Assembly (NCBI GenBank): GCA_040954595.2
Contig: CM082577.2
Location: forward strand, 6,002,301-6,066,300
DNA: 64,000 bases
Origin: Balanoglossus misakiensis
Taxonomy: Eukaryota; Animalia; Hemichordata
Reading direction: 5' to 3'
Shown: positions 33,106 through 56,320 of the stretch, piece after piece
How the letters are laid out: every line of letters starts with the position of its first letter
How positions within the stretch are numbered: the stretch's first letter is position 1
Notes under the pieces: model-generated
The model's input: only the letters and a program-made list of their open reading frames with translations
The model's database searches: none
What the model was told of the DNA's origin: nothing
Translations under genes and position numbers: made by a program

Positions 33106-34024
33106 CTTGAGCGCGAAGTTCGCGCCTCGTGAAGCAAAGAGACGAAGGCAGCAGACAAGATTATTTGTGAATGTTGAAAGTAAGTAAACTTTTTTTTTTT
33201 TTATCACGGTGATATCACTTTTGATGGTTGTGAGTTTTTTCAAAGTGACACGGCCTTGCTTCTAACTATCAGTATCACAGAATGTAATTTTAGCTCATGC
33301 TGCATCGATAGCTAATACCACAGTTGGTGGAATGATTGTGAGATATGAGACGGACGAATGGACCAGTCTACCAAATACAAACTTTACATGTTGTAAATAA
33401 ACAACATATTTCCTGTACATGTCCATAGCCCAATAACATTTTATGAGAACCATTCTTGCATAACATGAAAGAAATATGAAAATTGATACCAGCAAGTAGA
33501 AGTACAGTGTGATGCGCCACATTGTTATCAGGTGCCAATTAATTTATAGTGTCTACGTAAAAAGTGAAAATTTACAACTGAAGTCAAACTGTACCAGCAC
33601 CTTTGGTGTCTGTTTTCAAACTCCAATTGTTGCTATGACAACACGTGATCAACTTACACACCAAAATAATTGCATTTGCATGCAGGTTCTACTGGCTTTG
33701 TTACATAATTCACTAGTACTGGTATTATGCAGTGTTAGAATACATATCCTGGGAATACACCCACATGTATTGCTAGAGCCTTTAGACTTCTTTTGTACTT
33801 TAGGTTTCCATATTGATCATATTAAAACATGCTTTGGTGGAATGGCGAGCTTTTGGTATCAACTTGAATAAACACACATTGACATCACTACCAGTACGCA
33901 TTTGAATTTTACAGAGATGAGGTAATTTAATTAGCACACAATGCAATGAACAGTTGATTGCATGCATCTTTTCAGGCTCTCATCTAGACTAGGGTAGTTT
34001 TTGAAAGACAGAAAATCTGCGACA

Positions 34025-36766
34025 ATGCAACCGGACAGACCAAGTCCCGGTCTAGACATGCAACATGGCTTTGTCAGCCACATTATTAGACACCAGCACA
34101 TGAGCCGCAGAGCTCACGAAGAACTAGAAATCGAAAAGCTCGCCAAGAAACACAAAACTTCCCTGCCAAAGACCACCCCCAAGAAACACACAACCTCCAT
34201 GCAGTTCTATGTTCCTCCAGCAGGTACCCGTTCTTCACACTACTTTTGCGTTAGAAACTAACATCACTTTTGCAATATCGACGTTTATTGGTTGAAGATT
34301 TATATAATATAGACTTCTTAGAATTAACAAAGAGGAACAGTTTAGTATGCATTGGAAACTATAACATCACTTTTACAATGTTGAACTTATACGGCATCCA
34401 TCCATAATCCTGAAATAGGATTAAAAAGCATATTATTTATCTTCTTAACATAGCTCATTTGTGCATAATCAGCACTGTTTTCATTTAAAATTGTAATAAG
34501 TCGAGATATGTAGTTCACACTCAAAACCACAAATACTGAAGAAAAAAGCCAGAAGTAAGTTACAGATAGTGGCTGTTTCACATAACACATTAACAGCTCT
34601 CATAGATAATTCAGTGTTTTCCATTTTTCCCCCTGTTTTATTGTGTTCTCATATATACCATATGGTATCCTGCACTCGTGTGTTTAATAAATTTTGATAA
34701 TCATATTTATGCATGGGTCTTAATTATTATGGTTTTGCTTGGTCGTTGTGATGCCACATCCCTTGTGAGTTCAATTATGTTCAATTCTGAAGGAATTTAT
34801 CTTTGTTTTCTTGTCAGCAAGAACAGCGAATTCTCCGGAGAAAAATAGCACTGGTGGAAAGACGAGGGAATCATCCGTGCCAATGGAATGGCTCCGGTAC
34901 GGATCATGTGCGAACTCCATGCTTGTTGAGCAGGAAATTCGAGCGTACAGACTCGGGAAATTTCCGGAGGAAATACAGCCGTACATCCTGCAGTCCCTTT
35001 TAGGTGAGAGGCTTAGGGGATGTTTGATGGGGGGGGGGGGGGTGCATGTGTGAGGCTGGGATGCGAATGGGGATGTGTGTATTACATGTAGTTACATGTA
35101 TGTGTTTTTGGGTAGGATTGTCTCTACTGAGGTATGGGGATATTTTTTTGGTGTGGGGTGGAGTGATGACTTAAATGTGAGTAGAGTTGTGTGTATAGGT
35201 AAAGTGAATATTACTTGAAATAAAAATTTTATGAACGAAAAGGCGTCAGATATTTATAGAGTAATACGATGTTATATTCATTGACAGAAAGTTTTATAAC
35301 CCTTCCTTCACTTTGCAGACTCTAGTGTATTGACGGAAGAAGGGTTGTCGTTAGTCATGGAAGACGTGGTCAAGTTGTGCATCGTAGACTGTCAGTATTG
35401 CCAGACTGGTGTCAAGCTTTGTGATGCTATCATACAGGTATGCGGCCCCCTAGTACCCCTATCTCATCATCCCCCTCCCAACCCCCTCCCCACCCTGTGA
35501 ACAACATCATCAACAACAAAAAAATCAAAACTGGAGCAACAATTCAAATTGAATTCAAGTCGCCAACTGATGCTCTCCAAAGGGTGAAACTGTAAGAGTG
35601 TGCAATGCAGATATCGAGCCCATTTCCAGTTACTTACCTACCATCCTCGGCACTGATCACCCTTCCCTGCCAAGCTGTGTCATGATCATGACTGAGTAAA
35701 AACCCATTGCACTGACGTATGCAGTATATGTATCCATGCCATTCTGAGAACATTCATCGCTTGTTTTCAGAAAGAAGAGAGTAGCGGACAAACGGCAGCA
35801 TGTCGATGTCTCATCAATGTCTGCCAGAGGTATTACCAGAATAAGTGTGCCTTGAGATGCGAGTCCATCACTAAGTGGATTGCTTATGTTAATTTTGTTT
35901 GCCAGTTGTTTCTGGAGTTGAAGGTGAGACTTCTGTGGTTTATTTGTGACGTTCCTGTGGATGTTGGTTTGAGTGGACGGACTTTGCTCAAGGAAAATTA
36001 TAAGTTTTTCTTGCAAATTAAAGTGTCCCTTTCGTGTGGTGTGCGCATGTTGATTTTATGCACGCAAATACCAATATGGAAAAGAAACAAAAAGCACCAC
36101 CCTGGAACTGATTCTGACAGAAGCACACAAATGGACCAACATGAGGCAGGTGTGATTATGCCTGATGCAAACTAAGACTTCCTCATTCTGTGACGTACTC
36201 TTTTTTACTCTTGCAGATCACCAACTCCACCCTGGAAGACATTGTGCTGGATTGCCTGTTCACGTTGGTTGGACCGGAGTGTCTGGAAAATGATGATGAG
36301 GTACGCCATGGATCAAGGCGATCTTTTTTGCTTGAAAACAGGCTGCAATATGGCTGCCATTTTGTTAGGAACATTTTCATCGATAGTTTGCCGATATGCC
36401 ATGCATGGCAGATATCATTCCACCATGACTTCCCCAAAATGTTTGCCTTATCTACATGTATTAAACAAACGGGGACCATGTCATTGACAATGACTATCAA
36501 ACGGGGACCATGTCATTTACAATGACTATCTCTCTCCCCCTCTCTCTCGACAGGTTGACTGTCTGGTCACACAACTTCATTCGGTCGGCAAACCACTGCA
36601 GAATCTGTCACCAAGCAAAGTGGAGGATCTGTTCACAGACATCCGCGACGCCTTCCTGGCACGGACCACACCAGCCATGGCTAGGACGTTGCTGCTGCAA
36701 GCTATTGAACTGTATGCCGGCGCCTGGAAACTTCAGGAAAATGCCAGGGAATTCTACTATCAGTAG
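34025..36766 (+). CDS. MIF4GD: MIF4G domain-containing protein (MIF4GD/SLIP1-like) with an N-terminal UPF0561/C2orf68-like extension
   Basis: Exons 34025-34223, 34818-35003, 35319-35437, 35771-35923, 36217-36300, 36554-36766 (954 nt, 317 aa). The C-terminal part matches MIF4GD as recalled: LC.AIIQ, WIAYVNFVCQLF..L, V.DCLF.L..P..L....EVDCLVTQLHSVG..L, LF..IRDAFL and LLLQAIEL.AGAWK.....FYY. An in-frame TAG at 33995 upstream fixes the start. Confidence 0.88.
36467..36530. repeat. 32-bp tandem duplication, intronic
   Basis: AAACGGGGACCATGTCATT(G/T)ACAATGACTATC x2. Confidence 0.9.
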
Positions 36767-39700
36767 CCGTGTGTCAGGACAATTTTTAAAATAATTTCTG
36801 CATTTAAAAAGTACATGGGTTGGATAGACACTGCAGAGAGAAGCGATTTATCATTTGCATAAATTTGAATGATTGACTTTAAGAGACATGGGTTTACATT
36901 TAGTGTTGAATTTTCATATTTCTGCAAAATTAATTGTATATTCCCCAGAAAATTGAAATATTTTGGAATTTGATAGGTAAATTTTTTCAAGGATGAAAGC
37001 TATTTTTTTTCTTGTGTAATTATTTATTTATTTATTTATTTGATTGATTGATTGATTATGCTAACTTAATTGTGCTTTTTTGGGAAAAATAATTATGTGG
37101 ATGTTAAAGTCTTGAATATTTTGTGTACCCGAACATTAACAGAATTAAATTTCATTTGCCAGTACTTCCAAAGAGTGATGTCGTTTTTTCAGGGATTCTC
37201 CAGGAGAATGTGAACTCTTCAATGATCGAACTCATAACTTCTGCAATTCTTGTCACATGATTTGGGAAAACCAATGGGAGTCCAAGAAAGCCTCACAATG
37301 CATGGCACTCACACTAAATGAAGACAACCACACACCTGCGATTTTTTTTTCCACTGAAGTCAGTTTATTGATTTTTAAAATGTCTTGAAGATAAAGAGTA
37401 AATGTGTAATCCTTGGAACTGACTGGAATATAAAGCTATCCATCTTCCTGACCATCCCTTCAACGTTCATACGAGACTGACCAACACAGGAACCCGAAAA
37501 CTCTCACACGGTCAGAAAGTTTAACCCAAAATACTGTTTTCAAAACCAAATTTATCACTAAAGACAGGAAGGACTGAGGGAGTTGTTTTTATAATATAAT
37601 AAAATATTAAATTACAAGATACTGTCGTGTGACATGAAATACTGACTTGACAATAAAACATGTACAATGTCTCTGCTATTAAACGACTTCTCATTTCAAG
37701 TAAAATATTTCTACAGCAACCTATAACTGTACTCTACCTCTTGTATAGCACACAAAGTAAGTTTTTTCTGTGTTTATGTTAGTTTTTTTGCTGCTGGTGG
37801 GGAATAATAGAAAAGGAAGGTCGGGGTGGAAGCATAGCCACTGAATTATTAACCATCTTTTGGGAAAATGCAAGATGAAGTATATTTGTGTACGGTAGCA
37901 CGATGTAAAACCGTTAGCACGCTAGATGTAGCTCACTCGTGGCCATTTACATCAACAATGGCTCCAGAAGTCACAAGATGAAAATCTGCTGATGTCAGCA
38001 TTTTGTCAGATATTACAACGGAGTGTAATGCAGACAACTAAAGAAGCAAAAACCTTTTTTTTTTCTAAAAGGACTGCTTTGACGTAGCCATACTAGAGCC
38101 ATGAAATTGCCCAAAAGACAGTAATTTCAGTGCATATTGGATAACTTCAATGTCATTGCCATATACTGACTTGCCATTTTGTTATGTGCACACCTATAAA
38201 AGCGGCTTATTTCCAGCAAGACTTCAAGAATTCTTTTTTTCTATTTGTACTCTACTATGTGCCCCCAAGGCTTCGGTCATTGCACAAAAAACGTTGCACA
38301 GGCCAAACCACTTGCCAGACGCCCAATGTGATTGGGCTGTGAAGGTGTGATTTGTATAAAATAAAGTTAGCCATTAACCAATCAAAAATTCCCTTATATA
38401 ATACACTACCTATCAGCGTACATTTTATCAGTACTACACGAACATTGAGTGTCTTCACAATTAATGATAGTTCTAACAAAATCAACTTATTTTTCAGTCC
38501 AGTTAATATTTCTCAATATTTACATATATCAGAACCAGGTTTATTAAAATACACAATATATTTAGCCAGAAAATTATTCACAACTCCATTATTTCACAGA
38601 ACTCCCTACAAAAAAACCCAATTACACCATACCCAAACCCCCTGTTGTCATGGTAACCATGCAAATGAAAATATATTGCTGACTAATCAAAGGCAATGGC
38701 TGGTACATGTAAGTACACTAAGTGCAAATATCTGGTGTAAATACTCAACATTTTTTACAACTAATATTGCTGGTATAAATTACAAAACTATCACTTTATA
38801 TTTAGCAATGAAATTGTTTCTTTTGGACAACCCTTTCCCCCAGAAGAATGTGCACGACTACATTTAACGCTGAGACAAAGTTTTATTTCCGATCAAACTG
38901 ACTACCGGGACTGACTACAACTGTCCATCGTACACAGACGAAATCTCACAATTCACCACAGAGGGCGCTGCTGACAGCTGATGCCCTTCTTTGATGACGT
39001 CATCGTTTCTTCAGTAGACATATCTATAAACCATCATGCATATTCATGAAGTGCCAAATATTAAATGAAAAGAACACATCTCAGTGAAAGATGTACCGAG
39101 AATGGGAACACAGAATACCACAGTTCATGAGATCTCACATTTAAATGTTTGTATTCCTTTAAATTTAGTTATTTTTACGCTGCCCTTTACAAAGAAAATT
39201 CACAGCATTCTAATTTTAATTTTTAATCCATTTGTGGTATTTCCATGGATGCATAGCATCTCCGTGAATTTGCTTTCCGCCAGCACATGGTAGTAAAAAA
39301 TGCAATGAAGTTATTAGCCAACATCGATCACGTGTATCGATTTACACAAGATGCCATTGCCCTGTCTTGGCTGGGGATATCAGATGGTAGTTCTCAACGA
39401 TGAATTTACTACATACCGAAATTGGAAGAATCATCAGTTCTCAGGCAGGAGAAATTGAAAGTTGCTTACCCAAAGGACATTTCCCAAGTAACAGAAACAA
39501 AAAGTGAAAATGTTTAACTTAACATTGGTGGGACAATATTGGCGGTGAAGATGAACTCAGAATAAACTGTATAGCTCTTAAATATCATAAATAACCAAAA
39601 GACAGATTGCACTGTTAAAAACTCAAAGTAACTTTCGAAAGGAAAGAATAAAATCACCCACCACCTTCGTTTTAAACCTTCTGCCCCCATTTTATTTCTG

Positions 39701-40857
39701 TAGAGATTCAACTTTACTATAGAACAGAAAGGTTTTGGAACAGAGACCATGATGCATGAACAGGTTTAAAGTTAAAATGTTCTTCAACTCAAGAGGGACA
39801 ACAAAGTCAAATAAGAGATGAATCAGTTGTTCGGCAATTATTTTTGAAAGGGAATAACAATAACATTCAAAATGGCCGGCAGTGTAAACTACCAAGAATG
39901 CCCTCCATATTTACAGAAAAAAATATTATAACATTTACCATAGATGTGATTGTTCATTTGAAATGATTTGAAAAGTTTAACCTTTCTTATGTTACCCAAA
40001 GTAATCCATATCATTTTTTGTTCAAAATTTTTGTTTGTGACAGTGACAAATACCGTACACATACCTATAACCTCTGACTTCTGACCTATGACCCCATTCC
40101 CTCATCAAATGGCTAGCCCAAGTAAACATCGCAGGCCACAGATAAACAATAAATATGTCAGCACAAAACTATACAGCTATATTCAACTGGCAGCTAAATA
40201 CACAAGGTATATTCTTTCTAACCAAGTGCAGTGTCCGCAGACTAAGATTTTAATTTTCTAGGCTAGTCCCAATGACGATGCCGTCTCGAGTCTGACAGCA
40301 ATAACACCACTGACCATCTGTCACCCTGACTGATCCTGCAACTTTCATAGTTTCTAAATTGTCACTTGCGTTGATTTTAGTAGGAGAGTGTGAAAAAAAG
40401 ACATTCTTAAAATCCAGTTTTCCTAACTGGTCAGCTATCACATCTTGATACCTGTTACATATGTCATATTATGAACAAAAGCTCTACAAGATATCTGACA
40501 GAAGGCAACAGACTAAAGGAATGCTGTTATTTTTTTTTACATCTGAAATAATTGCCCACTATAATATAAACAAAATAGTGAATGCTGCTATTAAAATTAT
40601 TGATTAAAAATAAATATTCCGAAAATATTCAGACTATGTAATAATGAGCAAATATGGCAGTAGAGTTTGCAGTCCCAGAGCTTAGGTCTATGATGTCTGT
40701 CTATTTTTTTTGTTTCTTTTTTTGTACTCCATGTTTCCTGACGATCTTCGGTTTGTATTTACAAATGCGGCTTGATTTCTGCCAAACCTGCCACGCCAGG
40801 ATACTATATACTTTACCACAAGTCACACGGTACTCATTTTTGGCGGCCGTTCAGAAA

Positions 40858-52628
<11,771 letters not shown>

Positions 52629-53043
52629 CTGAAAACGAGAGAAAAATCAAAAATGAAATGGTGAGATTGTTTAACTTCAGAATGTGTAGTTATCAAATAC
52701 AGTATTTGTTTTAAATGCCTAACTCTTCATGAGGCAATTTTCTGCACAACTTTACATTTTTCAAATTATATATTTTGTTTTGATCATACATTTCTGTCTT
52801 TCTTTCATGTTGTTCAAGTTCTATGAAAGATCAAGTTCTGTCTGTCCGTCTGCCTCTCTCTGGCACTGTCCATCTGTCTGTCTCTCTTTGAGAAAATACA
52901 TATCATCTACAACTCAGACATCTTGTAAGTTGTATACAGACATACCCACACCAGTTCAAAATTAAACTGTAAACTCTCTCTCAAACCTGAATTAGCACCA
53001 CACATCAAACATTTAACACTATCACAACTTCATCACCTGATAT

Positions 53044-53084
53044 CATTCATTCATTCATTCATTCATTCATTCATTCATTCATTC
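53044..53084. repeat. (CATT)n microsatellite
   Basis: About 10 perfect units. Confidence 0.9.
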
Positions 53085-53988
53085 ACAGACGCACAAACCA
53101 ATCACACACTGCCATCATTTGGTTCTTCCTCAGTGGAAACATTCTGTAATTACTTCAAGCAATCAAGTGCACCACATCACTTTACTGTGCAACAGACTTT
53201 AAATCACCATCATTCAAAAGAACAATTTTGTCAGACTCCCATGAGAGTATTATCTGAAGTCTGAAAATTTGCCATTGGATTAATATCATTCCACAACAGA
53301 CTCCAAAAGGAAACAGATGAAAAAATCTGAGCGAATATATCAAGGCTTTCTCAGTAAATCTTTATCAGGTTTAGAGATTTCATTATCGGGTTTTCAGTTT
53401 GTGATCAATTGACAATAACCCTTGCAAGGGGAAGTGAAAAGTCTAGATTTGAGTAATTGAAATGAGCACTGACATCTGTAGTAATGCGGTGACTTCTATT
53501 CTGCTTCACCACACCACCACATCCAACCCATCAAATAGGATCTATAATGACACCAACCGTCTATGGGGCATTTATGCAGCACTGATAATTTTCAATTCAT
53601 CAGTCTGTTCCGGAGTAATTACTTTAACAAGCAGTCTTGATTAACCATCTATTTGGACTGCCCACAATCAATATTGATTCTTTCAGTTAGTAAATAGTTT
53701 TGTTTTCCAGTAAAAAATCACACAAGAAGACTATTTACAATCAAGGTCATTAAAATGCTGATTGCTCATAAGTTGAAGTGAGTGTCACAAAAACATGACG
53801 AATACCTATTGAGTAAACACTTTTTTCGTTTCTTTATTTTATAATCGCCTACTTAGGAGATTTATCGCCGACTTGGCTGTGGCAGATATTTGGCCATATT
53901 TACTTTGAACAAAGAAGCGGCCTACGTCATCAATGAGTGTTTGGGGAACACAAACTTAGCTGGGTCTACCTCCAGAAAATGCTGAATA

Positions 53989-56320
53989 AAATATAGCTGC
54001 AAGCAGCGATGACGGGCCCAAGCTTAAGCCGAAGGTCAAAGGTCATAAGTGGTCACCCAAAATTTGGGCAAGAAATTTTGACCCCATACTGGTCCGTGTC
54101 CCACAAGAACAAAATCTCTAGCCCTATTGGTTCGCCTACAATTATGTATGTGCATAATTAATGAGGTAAAGTGTAAGGCTCCATCAGGAGTTCCATCCCT
54201 CCAAATGCCAAGGCTGTAGCTGCTGTGCATGCCGAGATATGGTAAAGTAGGTCAAAGGTCACCTGAGGTCACCCAAAATTTGGGCAAGAAATTTTGACCC
54301 CATACTGGTTCATGTTAAGCAAAAACCAAACCTCTAGTCCTATTGGTTGGCCTGGAATTAGGTATGCACATAATTAATGAGATAAGCAGGTGTCACAGGT
54401 GACCCTCAATTTTGGCTTTTAAATTTTAGTCCCAACCCTCCAAACGCCAAGTCTGTACCTGCTCTGGATGCCGAGATATAGGAAAGTAGGTCAAAGGTCA
54501 CCTGAGGTCACCCAAAATTTGGGCAATTTTTTTTTACCCTTTACTGGTCCATGTCCCACAAGCACAAAACCTCTAGCCCTATTAGTTAGCCCAGAATTAG
54601 GTATGCACATAATTAATGAGTTAAGCAGGTGTTACAGGTGAGCCCAAAATTTTGCCTTTTATTTTGGTCCCATTCTGCTCACGGGCCAATAGAGAGTCAC
54701 AGTACAGGACCATTGCACAGATGTGGACATAGCATCATAGCTTAACTATAGGAAGTATAGGCCTATGGCTGGGTCCAAAAAATATGAAATATAATATTTA
54801 AAAATCTTCTTCTCAAAATTGACTTGGCCCAGAGCCTTGAAATTTAGCATGTAGGACACTGACCATATGGTCCGCAAAATGATTGCACAGAATTTTGATA
54901 TCATCATTCATATGCAAATTAGGCCCATTTGAAAACTTTGCCCATATATGGTCATCAGGTCATGTGACTAATTAAACATTCACAAGGGTACAACTCATGC
55001 TCTCATTGGCCTGCACCATTGTGCCAAGTTTGAGATTTGTAGGTTCAGCTGTTTTCAAGATGTACTTGACGAAAAAAACTACACAAGAAAAAGAAGTAGA
55101 AGAAATATAGCTGCAAGCAGCGATGACGGGCCCAAGCTTAAGCCGAAGGTCAAAGGTCATAAGTGGTCACCCAAAATTTGGGCAAGAAATTTTGACCCCA
55201 TACTGGTCCGTGTCCCACAAGAACAAAATCTCTAGCCCTATTGGTTCGCCTACAATTATGTATGTGCATAATTAATGAGGTAAAGTGTAAGGCTCCATCA
55301 GGAGTTCCATCCCTCCAAATGCCAAGGCTGTAGCTGCTGTGCATGCCGAGATATGGTAAAGTAGGTCAAAGGTCACCTGAGGTCACCCAAAATTTGGGCA
55401 AGAAATTTTGACCCCATACTGGTTCATGTTAAGCAAAAACCAAACCTCTAGTCCTATTGGTTGGCCTGGAATTAGGTATGCACATAATTAATGAGATAAG
55501 CAGGTGTCACAGGTGACCCTCAATTTTGGCTTTTAAATTTTAGTCCCAACCCTCCAAACGCCAAGTCTGTACCTGCTCTGGATGCCGAGATATAGGAAAG
55601 TAGGTCAAAGGTCACCTGAGGTCACCCAAAATTTGGGCAATTTTTTTTTACCCTTTACTGGTCCATGTCCCACAAGCACAAAACCTCTAGCCCTATTAGT
55701 TAGCCCAGAATTAGGTATGCACATAATTAATGAGTTAAGCAGGTGTTACAGGTGAGCCCAAAATTTTGCCTTTTATTTTGGTCCCATTCTGCTCACGGGC
55801 CAATAGAGAGTCACAGTACAGGACCATTGCACAGATGTGGACATAGCATCATAGCTTAACTATAGGAAGTATAGGCCTATGGCTGGGTCCAAAAAATATG
55901 AAATATAATATTTAAAAATCTTCTTCTCAAAATTGACTTGGCCCAGAGCCTTGAAATTTAGCATGTAGGACACTGACCATATGGTCCGCAAAATGATTGC
56001 ACAGAATTTTGATATCATCATTCATATGCAAATTAGGCCCATTTGAAAACTTTGCCCATATATGGTCATCAGGTCATGTGACTAATTACACATTCACAAG
56101 GGTACAACTCATGCTCTCATTGGCCTGCACCATTGTGCCAAGTTTGAGATTTGTAGGTTCAGCTGTTTTCAAGATGTACTTGACGAAAAAAACTACACAA
56201 GAAAAAGAAGTAGAAGAAAAACCCCAGTAAAACCAATAGGGCCCAAGCCTGCTGGGCTTGGGCCCTAAAAACCCCAGTAAAACCAATAGGGCCCAAGCCT
56301 GCTGGGCTTGGGCCCTAAAA
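53989..56320 (-). mobile_element. Non-autonomous Helentron/Helitron-like element (HINE/DINE-1-type), body duplicated in tandem (2 x 1114 bp) plus duplicated 50-bp terminal hairpin
   Basis: Copies 53989-55102 and 55103-56216 are near-identical, and the units 56221-56270 and 56271-56320 are identical. The terminal palindrome is TAGGGCCCAAGCC-TGCTG-GGCTTGGGCCCTA. A matching sub-terminal GGGCCCAAGC (54014-54023) lies next to a short hairpin GCTGC-AA-GCAGC and a T-rich end. Internal sub-repeats are about 220-240 bp; there is no coding capacity and no clear TSD. Confidence 0.75.

Noticed and set aside
53989-56320. CRISPR-like array or LTR pair
   Set aside because: The context is eukaryotic, there are no unique spacers, and the repeats are directly adjacent without TG...CA ends, PBS/PPT or internal coding sequence.
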